Below, piece by piece: positions 9,081 through 18,399 of a stretch of DNA of 64,000 nucleotides. The number at the start of each line of letters is the position of its first letter. Position 1 is the stretch's first letter. Made by a program: the position numbers and the translations under genes. Source of the DNA: an uncultured Oscillospiraceae bacterium (GTDB taxonomy: Bacteria; Bacillota; Clostridia; Oscillospirales; Acutalibacteraceae); assembly GCA_949289045.1 (NCBI GenBank), contig CASEMN010000014.1, forward strand, positions 2-64,001. The letters are read 5' to 3'. The notes below the pieces were generated by a model. That model had not been told where the DNA came from. It made no database searches and saw nothing but the letters and a program-made list of their open reading frames with translations.

Positions 9081-9103
9081 GAAAGCATATTATAAATGCT
9101 TTC
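9081..9103. promoter_or_regulatory. Candidate operator: perfect 8-bp inverted repeat upstream of the fucosidase operon
   Basis: GAAAGCAT-ATTATAA-ATGCTTTC. A second palindrome ATTGTT-T-AACAAT lies at 9063-9075. Both lie 55-95 nt upstream of the start at 9008. Confidence 0.3.
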
Positions 9104-9250
9104 TCTTGGCGTTTAAGCCATATAAAACCATTAAACAAAATGACATTATTAATTATACTACAATTCAATAAAAAATCATTAGAAATCCAATCAATATTGT
9201 AAAGTTTGTATTTTTGCATATATGAAATAGATTTAACCTTGCAAAACATA

Positions 9251-9299
9251 CAAAAAGCAGGCTCTTTCAGTGCCATAAAAGCAATAAAAGAGCCTGCTC
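9251..9299 (-). terminator. Terminator after the HPr-like gene
   Basis: 12-bp stem AGCAGGCTCTTT / AAAGAGCCTGCT followed on the minus strand by TTTTTG. The loop is long (~20 nt). Confidence 0.6.
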
Positions 9300-9334
9300 A
9301 AGATTTTTTTGACATTTTCCGCTAAGATGCCAAT

Positions 9335-9571
9335 TTATTCTTTTACCTCAAAAGCGGAAAGTTTTTCCAAAAGTTCAGGGCATTCTTCGCCGTGAATTAT
9401 AAGCTCAGTGTCAGCAGATTGGTCAAGACTGAAAATGCCCATAATTGATTTTGCATTTACAACATATCTGCCGGAAACCAAATCAAACTCGTGGTCAGGG
9501 TAGAGGGAGACGAGAGAAACAAAATCTCTGATTCGCTCAATTGAATTAAGCTTAACCTTCATGGATTTCAT
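9335..9571 (-). CDS. HPr-domain protein lacking the catalytic His15 (Crh-like)
   Basis: The conserved Ser46 region GRYVVNAKSIMGIFSLD is present, but SGIHARPA is replaced by SIERIRDF. Start taken at the ATG with proper spacing from GAAAGG (the ORF-track start 9580 is also possible). Confidence 0.65.
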   Translation of the reverse strand: MKSMKVKLNSIERIRDFVSLVSLYPDHEFDLVSGRYVVNAKSIMGIFSLDQSADTELIIHGEECPELLEKLSAFEVKE

Positions 9572-9612
9572 TGGTATCATCCTTTCTCAAATAAACGTAG
9601 GGTTATGTGCAA

Positions 9613-10386
9613 TCAGTTACCGCATTCAATGCTTATACGGTTAAACTGGGCAAGGATATTGTCTGTTCCCACACTTTGCTTTTTATCACCTGAAAGATCC
9701 ATAACGCTTTTGCCCTCATGAAGCATTATAAGTCTGCTTCCGTACTCGGTTGCAAATCGGAGATTATGTGTAACCATCAGGGCGGTGAGATTTTTTTCTT
9801 TTATGATTTTGTCCGTAAGCTCCATAACTCTTTCGGAAGATTTCGGGTCAAGGGCAGCGGTGTGTTCGTCAAGTATAAGTAATTCAATATCGGTCATACA
9901 GGCTATTATAAGTGCGAGAGCCTGACGCTGACCTCCCGAAAGAGAGCCGCTTTTAATGTTCAGTTTGTTTTCAAGTCCCATTGAACAGGTTTCAAGAAGA
10001 GAGCGGTATTTGTCAAGATTCTTTTTGTTTACTGCTTTTGATAAGCCGTAGCCTGTTTTTTTGTTGTCTGCCAAAGCCATATTTTCAAGTATGGTTAAAT
10101 CAGGACATGTGCCGGTCTGAGGGTTTTGAAAAACTCTGCCTATAAACTGAGCACGTTTATGTTCTGGGGTTTTAGTAATATCCTTACCATCAAATATTAT
10201 ACTACCGCTGTCAACGGGTGAAAAACCGCAGATTATGTTAAGAAGTGTAGTTTTTCCCGAACCGTTTGAACCTACTACGGATACAAATTCTCCTTTATCT
10301 ATTGAAAGGCTGAAATTATCGAAAAGTTTAAGTTCGTCCTCAGTGCCTTTATTGAAGACCTTTGTAATATTTTCAAGCTGCAGCAT
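9613..10386 (-). CDS. ABC transporter ATP-binding protein
   Basis: Walker A GSNGSGKTT, signature LSGGQRQ, Walker B LLILDEHTAALD. Start set at MLQLENI (ATG 10386) behind GGGAGG; it overlaps the permease end by 14 nt. Confidence 0.9.
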   Translation of the reverse strand: MLQLENITKVFNKGTEDELKLFDNFSLSIDKGEFVSVVGSNGSGKTTLLNIICGFSPVDSGSIIFDGKDITKTPEHKRAQFIGRVFQNPQTGTCPDLTILENMALADNKKTGYGLSKAVNKKNLDKYRSLLETCSMGLENKLNIKSGSLSGGQRQALALIIACMTDIELLILDEHTAALDPKSSERVMELTDKIIKEKNLTALMVTHNLRFATEYGSRLIMLHEGKSVMDLSGDKKQSVGTDNILAQFNRISIECGN

Positions 10387-11299
10387 GTTTTTTGCCTCCC
10401 TGCTTTTTGGAAAGTGCACCGCTTGCAACAAGAGCGGCGGTAAATAAAACGGCCATTAAAAGTTTCAGGTATTCTGTGGGCAGGCCCATAGCAAGAGCGG
10501 CGGAAAGGCAGGCTTTGTATATAATTGAGCCTAAAATTACCGCTGAAGTAGCTCCTACAAATTTGAGTTTGCCGAAAAGGGAAAGACCGATTATTACGCA
10601 GGCAAGTCCGGCAACGACCATTCCGGTACCCATCTGGAGATCGGCGGAGCCTTTCTGCTGAGCTATAACGGAGCCGGCGAGAGCAGCAAAGCCGTTGCCT
10701 AAGGCGAGACCTAAAATTTTCATGTTGCCGGGATTTCTTCCCATCATGGTGACATACTGATGGTTACTTCCGGCAGCACGGAGCAAAAGGCCGGTTTTTG
10801 TTTTAAGGAAAAGGTCAAGGAGAACTTTGCACAAAATGGCAACAATAAAGGAAATCGTAACTGTCCTGAGAGCAAAACCGCCTATTGAAGCGGGGATTAT
10901 TTCAGCGAGTCCTGAAGAAAAGATTGTAGGCGATGCAAAGAAAGAGACTATGGAAAGGCCGTCTGTACCGCTCATTACAATTACAAGGTTAATTGAAAGA
11001 AGTGCTGTCATCACAAGTATACCGCAAAGCAGGGGACGTATTTTAAGCTTTACGTTTAAAAGACCTGTTACGCATCCCGCAGCCATTCCCAAAACAAAAG
11101 AGATAAGGCAGCACAGCCAGGGATTAACTCCCTGAACTATAAGTATGCCTGTTGTAACTGCTCCCAGAGGGACTGTTCCGTCAACGGAAAGGTCGGGAAA
11201 GTCAAGGATACTGTAAGTGATGTATACGCCGAGAGCCAGAACAGCATACATAAAGCCTTCTTCAAGGGTTACTCTCAAAACGTTAAAAAAGATTTCCAT
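10373..11299 (-). CDS. ABC transporter permease (partner of ABC_sub_bind-type binding proteins)
   Basis: Polytopic membrane protein, overlapping the ATPase gene and downstream of the binding protein. Confidence 0.85.
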   Translation of the reverse strand: MEIFFNVLRVTLEEGFMYAVLALGVYITYSILDFPDLSVDGTVPLGAVTTGILIVQGVNPWLCCLISFVLGMAAGCVTGLLNVKLKIRPLLCGILVMTALLSINLVIVMSGTDGLSIVSFFASPTIFSSGLAEIIPASIGGFALRTVTISFIVAILCKVLLDLFLKTKTGLLLRAAGSNHQYVTMMGRNPGNMKILGLALGNGFAALAGSVIAQQKGSADLQMGTGMVVAGLACVIIGLSLFGKLKFVGATSAVILGSIIYKACLSAALAMGLPTEYLKLLMAVLFTAALVASGALSKKQGGKKHAAA

Positions 11300-11338
11300 T
11301 AAAAATTACCACACTTTCTTTATAGAGACATGCTTTAA

Positions 11339-12322
11339 TTAAGATACTTTTTCAATATTGTCGTATCCCGTAAGATTTACAGAGAATTTTTCTGCAACGG
11401 TTGTATTTATAACGGGGAAGGAATCTTTAACTCTTTCAACAGGCATTGTGGAAATATCGGTGCCTGAGAGAACTTTTGCCGCCATGGCGCCTGTCTGCTC
11501 TCCAAGAGCTACATAGTCGAGACTTTCAGAGGCGAGGCATCCGTTTTTAACCTGTTCTATTTCAGAGCCGTAAACGGGGATTCCGGCAGCGTTTGCCTTT
11601 TCAAGAACGGTTCCGAGGTTATCAACTACGTTGTTGTCTGTGAAATTATTTATGCAATCAACTTCACCTGCGAGCATAGCAGCAGTTTGAGGAATATCGG
11701 CAGGCGACTGTATGCCCTTTGCCACAATTTCAAAACCGTATTCAGGGGCAAGCTTTTTGATTTCTTCAAGGTGAGAAACGGAATTTGCTTCGCTGGTAGT
11801 ATAGATTATGCCGATTTTCTTTGCGTCAGGCTGGCAGGCTCTTATAAGTTTAAGCTGAGCTTCCAGGTTTAAAAGGTCGCTTGTGCCTGTGCAGTTATCT
11901 CCGGCCTGATCCATTGAGGGGACAAGCTGTGCGGCAACGGGGTCTGATACGGCGCAGAAAACGACGGGAACTGATGTGCCTCTTGCTGCGGAATATGCGG
12001 CTGTAGCGGCGGGAGTTGCAATTGAAATTATAATATCGTAATTTTTTGCAACCATGTTTTTAGCTATCTGATTTGCGGTTTCGTCGCTGTTTGCGGCGTT
12101 TTGATAATCTATTTTTATATTTTCTCCGTCTTTATATCCGGCGGTTTCAAGTCCTTTTATTACGCCTTCTCGGCAGTTATCAAGGGAAGGATGAGAAGCG
12201 TACTGAATAATTCCAACAGTGATTGTATCGGAACCGGAGTCGGTGCCTGTGCAGGCGAAGAATACAGAGGCAGTAATGACGATGCAGAGAACTGCGCATA
12301 AAATTTTAATATATTTTTTCAT
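11339..12322 (-). CDS. ABC transporter substrate-binding lipoprotein (ABC_sub_bind family); predicted tryptophan-related because of the T-box
   Basis: Lipobox ...SVFFAC, then TITVGIIQYASHPSLD... typical of this family. AAGGAG RBS; preceded by a T-box leader with a UGG specifier. Confidence 0.8.
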   Translation of the reverse strand: MKKYIKILCAVLCIVITASVFFACTGTDSGSDTITVGIIQYASHPSLDNCREGVIKGLETAGYKDGENIKIDYQNAANSDETANQIAKNMVAKNYDIIISIATPAATAAYSAARGTSVPVVFCAVSDPVAAQLVPSMDQAGDNCTGTSDLLNLEAQLKLIRACQPDAKKIGIIYTTSEANSVSHLEEIKKLAPEYGFEIVAKGIQSPADIPQTAAMLAGEVDCINNFTDNNVVDNLGTVLEKANAAGIPVYGSEIEQVKNGCLASESLDYVALGEQTGAMAAKVLSGTDISTMPVERVKDSFPVINTTVAEKFSVNLTGYDNIEKVS

Positions 12323-12438
12323 AATGATTATTCTCCTTTTAAATTTAAATGATGTTTTGCGTTATAGTTCTTTATTACGCTTTCGCCATCGTTTTGTCAT
12401 AATAAACATAAGGAACCTCCATAAACTGTTTATAAAAA

Positions 12439-12718
12439 TAAAAAACTCCTGCCCCATAAAAATGGGACAGGAGATATTCCTGCGGTACCACCCAAATTCG
12501 TTCTGAAAGAACGCACTCGTTTACACATACTGACATATGTGCTTCCTTTATAACGGGCGAAGCTCCCGTCGCACCTAATACGCAAAGCGTTTCGGATTGC
12601 CCTCATAAGTCCATTCGGTACAGTCGCCGCTGCCGCAATTCCACCATCTGCAGCTCTCTTTGAACGCCTGAAACAGTACCTACTACTCTTACTCAACGGT
12701 TTAAACAGATGTTCGTTT
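12439..12718 (-). promoter_or_regulatory. T-box riboswitch leader, specifier UGG (Trp)
   Basis: Minus strand carries the GA/AGTA elements (GAGUAAGAGUAGUA), distal AGAGAG...UGGUGGAA, specifier loop GAA-UGG-A (UGG = complement of 12611-12613) and the T-box AAUUUGGGUGGUACCGC (about 12481-12497). A terminator CUCCUGUCCC...GGGGCAGGAG+UUUUUU lies at 12439-12473; its wobble pair is only valid on the minus strand. Confidence 0.9.
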
Positions 12719-12724
12719 TTTATT

Positions 12725-12753
12725 ATTCTATGACCATTTTTTTAAAATGTCAA
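12725..12753 (-). promoter_or_regulatory. Promoter of the T-box/ABC operon
   Basis: Minus strand TTGACA (12753-12748), 17-bp spacer, TAGAAT (12730-12725). Confidence 0.65.
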
Positions 12754-12798
12754 TAGCGGAAGAAAAAAATAAAATTTTTATCTATTTCAATGTTGCTG

Positions 12799-12826
12799 TT
12801 GATTTATATTAATACAGTGCTATAAT
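12799..12826 (+). promoter_or_regulatory. Promoter of the ktrB-like gene
   Basis: TTGATT (12799-12804), 16-bp spacer, TGcTATAAT (extended -10, hexamer 12821-12826). Confidence 0.55.
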
Positions 12827-12889
12827 CTTAAAGAACAAAATACAGTATATATTCCGAAATATGATATTTTACGGAGGTGTTTTTTCGAA

Positions 12890-14248
12890 ATGATAAGAAA
12901 AAAGGGTAAGGCTGCGATTCATCCTCTTTCTCCCGCCAGAATAACGGCAGGAAGTTTTCTGTTGGTTATTGCAACTGGAACTATTTTACTTATGCTCCCA
13001 TTTTCTTCAAAGGGAGAACCGTTGTCTTTTTTAACTTCACTTTTTACGGCTACATCGGCAACCTGCGTTACGGGTTTGACTTTAATTGACCCTTATACTC
13101 ATCTAACCTTTTTCGGCCAGTTTGTTTTGATGTCTATGATAGAAATAGGCGGAATAGGTCTTTTAACGTTTTCCTGCTTTTTCATGATTTCAATGCGTAA
13201 AAAGATGACTATGAGAAATTTACGTCTTGTTCAGGAGAGCACAAGCTCTGATTCTCTCTATTCTACAAGATCTCTTGTAAAACTTATAATTGTTACTACT
13301 CTTTCCATTGAAGCGGCGGGAGCATGTATAATGGCAACAAAGCTCATTCCGGCGTATGGTGCTGTAGGAATATGGTATTCTGTTTTTACTGCCGTCTCCG
13401 CATACTGCAACGCAGGTTTTGACCTTTTCGGAATGGAGGGAGCTTATTCTTCCGTCATCTCCTATCAGGATGATCCGGTTATTCTCTTTACTATAATGGC
13501 TCTTATATTTTTAGGCGGAATAGGATTTATGGTATTTCAGGATCTTCTTTCCTGGCGCAAACGTCGTCATCTTATGCTGCATACAAAAGTTGTAATTCTC
13601 ATAAGCGCATGTCTGATTGTTTTTGGTGCAGCAGCGCTTTTTGTGTGCGAATACACTAATGAAAATACAATAGGCGAGATGAGCTTGTGGGATAAATTCA
13701 TGAATTCGCTGTTTCAGTCAGTAAGCGCCAGAACGGCAGGTTTTGCTTCAATAGATATAGCGTCTATGCGTGATATTTCAAAAGCCATAATGATAATGCT
13801 TATGTTTATAGGAGCGGGAAGCGGTTCAACTGGCGGCGGAATCAAGGTTACAACTTTTGCAGTTCTTGTATCAACTGTCATATCGGTTATACGCGGACGC
13901 AACGATACGGTCATTTTAGGAAGAAGAGTTCATCGTGCCGTTGTGTATAAATCTCTTACAATTGCAATTTTGGGTATGCTGGTTGCTGCAATAACCGCCG
14001 GAATAATTCTTGTTACAATGCCCGACGCATCAGGTATAGACAGTCTTTTTGAAGCATTCTCAGCTTTTGGTACGGTGGGACTTACTGCCGGAATGACTCT
14101 TACTCTTAATACTATATCAAAAATAGCGGTTATTATAACCATGTTTGTAGGCCGAATAGGACCTATGTGTTTTGCTTTGGCTATGATATTGAGGCAGGAT
14201 AAACATTCAGATGAAATTCTTCCAGAGGGCAGAATAATGGTAGGATAA
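12890..14248 (+). CDS. ktrB: TrkH/KtrB-family potassium uptake membrane subunit
   Basis: Four pore-loop-like segments with conserved Gly (SATCVTGLT, SAYCNAGFD, SARTAGFAS, FGTVGLTAG). GGAGGTG RBS. Confidence 0.85.
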   Translation: MIRKKGKAAIHPLSPARITAGSFLLVIATGTILLMLPFSSKGEPLSFLTSLFTATSATCVTGLTLIDPYTHLTFFGQFVLMSMIEIGGIGLLTFSCFFMISMRKKMTMRNLRLVQESTSSDSLYSTRSLVKLIIVTTLSIEAAGACIMATKLIPAYGAVGIWYSVFTAVSAYCNAGFDLFGMEGAYSSVISYQDDPVILFTIMALIFLGGIGFMVFQDLLSWRKRRHLMLHTKVVILISACLIVFGAAALFVCEYTNENTIGEMSLWDKFMNSLFQSVSARTAGFASIDIASMRDISKAIMIMLMFIGAGSGSTGGGIKVTTFAVLVSTVISVIRGRNDTVILGRRVHRAVVYKSLTIAILGMLVAAITAGIILVTMPDASGIDSLFEAFSAFGTVGLTAGMTLTLNTISKIAVIITMFVGRIGPMCFALAMILRQDKHSDEILPEGRIMVG

Positions 14249-14387
14249 AATCATATAAATTAATATGCCGTGAGCATATTCTGAACTAAATATGTCGGGA
14301 TTTGCTTTTTTCTGTGAAATGTAGTAAAATTACACAGTTACTAGGTATATGAGCGCAGATGTTAAAATAAATACAGTGGAGGATTAT

Positions 14388-15812
14388 ATGAACCTACCAT
14401 CGATATTGAAACAAGGCGGTAAAAATAATGTTGCCTGGAAATGGATGCTTGCAACTTTATTTTTGTCGCAGATGTTCCCCGAGTACATAGCGCCGTTCTT
14501 TACGTTAATTGGTTTTGTAGTAATGAAAGTGTCGTTTAAAAAGAACGGTCAGAAAGTGAGAATGGATAGTTTCGGGAAATACGAATTCATTTTCTTGGCG
14601 TTTTATCTTTTTACAAGCGTTTACTCAAAAACAAGGGTTTACAGTGCTTTAATTGCCCTTTTGTGGATGGGTATGTGCTTGGGTCAGCTTATGATGGCAA
14701 ACCTTATAAATACAGCCGAAAAGCTTAAAACAGCTATGAAGCTTTATGCTTTGAGTGCCTTTGTACTTTCGATTATAGGCTGCCTTCAGGTTGTTTCAAA
14801 TATGCTTATAGATAATGGGATAATAACTAAAGGTATTCCAAATCCCTTAACCGGTCCCATTGATGTTGCGTTTTATAATTTCCTTATAGATACTTTTGGA
14901 ATAACTCTTGATACTACCATGCAGGATTTCCGTGCCCTGGGAAGTTATAATAATCCGAATCTGTTTGTAAGCTTCTTAATTTCGGCTCTTCCGTTTTCCT
15001 TTTACTTTTTCCTTAACGGAGAAACACGTAAAGAGCGGGTTTTTTACGGAATATCCTCTATCGCTATTTGTGCCGGAGTTGCCGGTACCCAGACAAGAGG
15101 TGCAATGATAGCCCTTGTTATAAGCATAACCTTCCTTTTCCTTTCTAACAAAAAGTATTTTAAAAAGCTTTTTGTAATGCTGGCTGGCTTTGTCTGTCTT
15201 GTTCCGGCTCTGTTTACCCGCTACCGTGAACAGCTTATTTATCATCTTCATGATTTTACGTTTATTACCCAGTCGGGAAATACGATTGATTTAACCCTTG
15301 ATTATTCTATTTCAGACAGAATAAAGCTTTATCTGAATTTAGGAGAATATATATTCTCTCATTTCGGAGTGTTCATTTTTGGCATGGGAGCCGGCGTTGA
15401 AAACGTCGGAGAGGTAATAACGAAAGTGCTGAAAATTGACGCTCCCCATGCCCATAATATATTTTTAGAGCTTTGGGCTGAGAGCGGCATTATAGGTCTT
15501 GGACTGTTCCTTTTCGCCGGTGGAATCCTTTTTGTAAACCTTGTTAAAACTCTGAAAAAGGGTTCTGAGGCACAGCGTGTAACATGTGCGGTACTTTCCT
15601 CACTTATGGCGTTTTTTGTAATGGGTCTTACAGACTTTATTGTCTGTTCGCCAAAGATACTTCAGGTCATGTTCCTGATTTTAGGTTTTGCTCAGGCAAC
15701 ATACAGAATTTATCAGGGACGTTGGGAAAATGATGAGATTCTTAAAAATAACATGGAACGTTCTGAGGAGTTTAGTGCGCCGAGCTCTGCACAGACACAG
15801 GCAGCACAATAA
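14388..15812 (+). CDS. O-antigen ligase/polymerase-like (Wzy_C-type) membrane protein
   Basis: Polytopic, with a GTQTRGAMIALV-type loop motif. Start moved to ATG 14388, 5 nt behind GGAGG (the ORF-track start is 14349). Confidence 0.7.
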   Translation: MNLPSILKQGGKNNVAWKWMLATLFLSQMFPEYIAPFFTLIGFVVMKVSFKKNGQKVRMDSFGKYEFIFLAFYLFTSVYSKTRVYSALIALLWMGMCLGQLMMANLINTAEKLKTAMKLYALSAFVLSIIGCLQVVSNMLIDNGIITKGIPNPLTGPIDVAFYNFLIDTFGITLDTTMQDFRALGSYNNPNLFVSFLISALPFSFYFFLNGETRKERVFYGISSIAICAGVAGTQTRGAMIALVISITFLFLSNKKYFKKLFVMLAGFVCLVPALFTRYREQLIYHLHDFTFITQSGNTIDLTLDYSISDRIKLYLNLGEYIFSHFGVFIFGMGAGVENVGEVITKVLKIDAPHAHNIFLELWAESGIIGLGLFLFAGGILFVNLVKTLKKGSEAQRVTCAVLSSLMAFFVMGLTDFIVCSPKILQVMFLILGFAQATYRIYQGRWENDEILKNNMERSEEFSAPSSAQTQAAQ

Positions 15813-15824
15813 TTTTAATAAATT

Positions 15825-15850
15825 GGGCGGACTTTTAAGTTCGCCCTTTT
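15825..15850 (+). terminator. Rho-independent terminator
   Basis: GGGCGGAC-TTTTAA-GTTCGCCC followed by TTTT. Confidence 0.7.
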
Positions 15851-15891
15851 GAAGTTTATGGAGTTAATTAAAAAGAAGAGGAGAATAAAAG

Positions 15892-16758
15892 ATGACAAAT
15901 GGTGAATTGATTATTTGTTCAGCGTTGGGAGTTACTGCTTTGGCTGCTGGATTGTCGGCTTTTTTTTATTACGGAAATAATCATATAACCTGTTCTGAGT
16001 ATGAATATTCTTCGGAAAATCTTCCTGAATCTTTTAACGGCGTAAAAATATTGCATATATCAGATTTTCACAACACTTCTTTTCCGAAAAACGGTGTACA
16101 GTTGTTAAAAAAGTGCGTTCAGGTAAAGCCTGATTATATTTTCATAACCGGTGACCTTATAGATAAGAGGCGAACTTCTCCGAAAGATTTAGATACTGCC
16201 GTAAACTTTGCGCTAAGGCTTACTGAAATTGCACCTGTTTATTATATTCCGGGAAATCACGAAGCTGTTTCTCCGGCGTATACAGAGCTTAAAAGGAGAA
16301 TTTTGAAAACACCGGTGATTCTTTTGGAAAATTCCTATGCCCAAGTTGAGAGAAACGGTGAAGAACTAAATATTGCCGGTGCCTGTGATCCGGCTTCTTA
16401 CTATTATGATTACGATTACAGTTATTTCAGAAAAAAGCTTTGTGATATAAAAAAGTCAGTTTCCGGTTTTACTGTACTTTTATCCCATAGACCGGACAGA
16501 ATAGAGGATTACGTATATGCAGAGTATCCTCTTGTGTTTTCGGGACATGCTCACGGAGGTCAGGTGAGGCTGCCGATTATAGGCGGTCTTTATGCGCCGA
16601 ACCAGGGAGTGCTCCCCAAATATACCAAAGGCTTTTATCAGAAAGGCGATACATCTATGGTTGTAAGCCGTGGCCTTGGAAACAGCAGGGGACCTGTAAG
16701 AGTATTTAATTGTCCTGAATTGGTTTTAGTGAAATTAAAGTCTGCTCAAAGCAAATAA
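15892..16758 (+). CDS. Membrane-anchored metallophosphoesterase (YkuE-like)
   Basis: N-terminal TM, then calcineurin-like motifs HISDFH, GDLID, GNHE and SGHAHGGQ. Confidence 0.85.
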   Translation: MTNGELIICSALGVTALAAGLSAFFYYGNNHITCSEYEYSSENLPESFNGVKILHISDFHNTSFPKNGVQLLKKCVQVKPDYIFITGDLIDKRRTSPKDLDTAVNFALRLTEIAPVYYIPGNHEAVSPAYTELKRRILKTPVILLENSYAQVERNGEELNIAGACDPASYYYDYDYSYFRKKLCDIKKSVSGFTVLLSHRPDRIEDYVYAEYPLVFSGHAHGGQVRLPIIGGLYAPNQGVLPKYTKGFYQKGDTSMVVSRGLGNSRGPVRVFNCPELVLVKLKSAQSK

Positions 16759-16870
16759 AAATATGTATATTTCTAAATTTACAAAATAACTGTTGCTATT
16801 GACTTATTCGCTTATTAAATAGTAAAATATTATCATAATTTGCTGAAAAATTTATATTGGAGGAAAACTA

Positions 16871-18256
16871 ATGGCTAACCAAAAAGGAAAACGCTACCTG
16901 CGTTACTTTGGGTATGGAATCGGAGCTGTGGGCCTTGATTTGAGCTACGGCTTATTTTATTCCTTCCTTTCAAACTATCTTACGGATGTACTTATGATGC
17001 CGGCTTTGTTCTTGCTTATTCTTACACCTCTTGCAAGAATATGGGACGGAATCAACGACCCCATGATGGGTACTATTGTTGACAATACGAGAACACGTTT
17101 CGGAAAATTCCGACCTTGGATTATGACCGGTGCATGTCTTAATGCTGTAGTTCTTACCCTTCTCTTTACAAACCCCGGTTTAGAGCTTGGTTCAGTATCT
17201 CTTTATGTTTATGTTGCGGTAATGTATGTTCTTTGGGGAATGACAAATACAATGGTCGATATTCCTTATTGGTCAATGGTTCCCTCATTTACCAATGACC
17301 CCAAAGAGAGAAATATGGTCGCAACAATTGCGAGAGCTTTTTCCGGTTTCGGTCAGATACTTGTCGTTGTTTTAACTGTCAGCATGGTAAAACTTCTCGG
17401 TGACGGAACAGAGACAAGCCCTCAGGGATTTAGCCGCTGGGCAATGATAGCCGGCTGCATACTTATTTTTGTAGTTTTCATAACCTTTATTTCAACAAAA
17501 GAAGATCACGATGTAAGAAAAGCTGAGAAATTTTCATTTAAAAAGGCTTATAATACCATAAAGTCAAACGACCAGCTTTTGATTTTCATGCTGTTTGCCA
17601 TTCTTTCAAACACAGGTTGGTATATGACCTCAGGACTTGGAATGTATTACTTCAAAGTTGTTGTAGGAGACAGCGGAAAGCTTGGTACTTTTGGTGTCTT
17701 TACAGGTGTAGGACAAGCTCTTGGACTTCTTCTTATACCGATTCTGACAAAATTCATGCCCCGACGCAGAGTTATACAGATAGCTCTTTGTATCGCTGCT
17801 TTTGGTTATGCAGGAATGTTCCTTTTCGGACATGGAGGCAGTTTCATTGTATTTGCTGTTTTTGCAATTATAGGTTCAATAGGAATAGGCTGTATGTTTG
17901 TTTCACAGACAATTATGCTTGCTGATATAGTTGACTACGGCGAATACAAAAACGGCATAAGAAGTGAATCCATTACTTTCTCAATGAAGGGCTTCCTTCA
18001 GAAGATGGCTTACACTCTCCAGACAATCATTATGTTTACAGGCCTTGGACTGTCCGGTTATGATGGTTCTCTTGCAACCGCAAACTCTGATTTTTCAAAG
18101 AACACCATTACCGCTATGATGCTTATAGTTCCGGCTATTTTAATAATAGCTTCTCTTATTATATTTACTAAGAAATATAAGCTTGACCAGAGCAAGATGG
18201 AAGAGGTAAACCGTGTCTTGGAGGAAAGACATAAGGCGGAAGAAGCCGCTGAGTAA
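16871..18256 (+). CDS. Glycoside-pentoside-hexuronide (GPH):cation symporter family transporter
   Basis: 12-TM protein with the GPH signature DGINDPMMGTIVDNTRTRFGKFRPW. Confidence 0.85.
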   Translation: MANQKGKRYLRYFGYGIGAVGLDLSYGLFYSFLSNYLTDVLMMPALFLLILTPLARIWDGINDPMMGTIVDNTRTRFGKFRPWIMTGACLNAVVLTLLFTNPGLELGSVSLYVYVAVMYVLWGMTNTMVDIPYWSMVPSFTNDPKERNMVATIARAFSGFGQILVVVLTVSMVKLLGDGTETSPQGFSRWAMIAGCILIFVVFITFISTKEDHDVRKAEKFSFKKAYNTIKSNDQLLIFMLFAILSNTGWYMTSGLGMYYFKVVVGDSGKLGTFGVFTGVGQALGLLLIPILTKFMPRRRVIQIALCIAAFGYAGMFLFGHGGSFIVFAVFAIIGSIGIGCMFVSQTIMLADIVDYGEYKNGIRSESITFSMKGFLQKMAYTLQTIIMFTGLGLSGYDGSLATANSDFSKNTITAMMLIVPAILIIASLIIFTKKYKLDQSKMEEVNRVLEERHKAEEAAE

Positions 18257-18293
18257 GTTTGTTTATACAAAATAAAATTAAGAAATCTGATTT

Positions 18294-18322
18294 AATCCGC
18301 AGCTTTAAGCTGCGGATTTTTA
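18294..18322 (+). terminator. Rho-independent terminator
   Basis: AATCCGCAGC-TTTAA-GCTGCGGATT followed by TTTT. Confidence 0.8.
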
Positions 18323-18399
18323 GCATGAAATCTTATTGAATCCGCTTTAAATTTATGTTAAAATCAGCAAAACTTTATAACGATAAAGGAATGATTTTA

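Noticed and set aside
9055-9276. 73-aa ORF between the fucosidase operon and the HPr-like gene
   Set aside because: It spans a terminator hairpin and the promoter/operator region. It sits in AT-rich sequence and has no RBS.
12430-12696. 88-aa ORF on the minus strand
   Set aside because: It coincides with the T-box leader (specifier loop, T-box sequence and terminator). It has no RBS, and its Arg/Cys-rich composition is typical of translated structured RNA.
12754-12889. c-di-AMP (ydaO-type) riboswitch upstream of ktrB
   Set aside because: The leader from the predicted promoter to the ATG is only ~60 nt and AT-rich, which is too short for that element.
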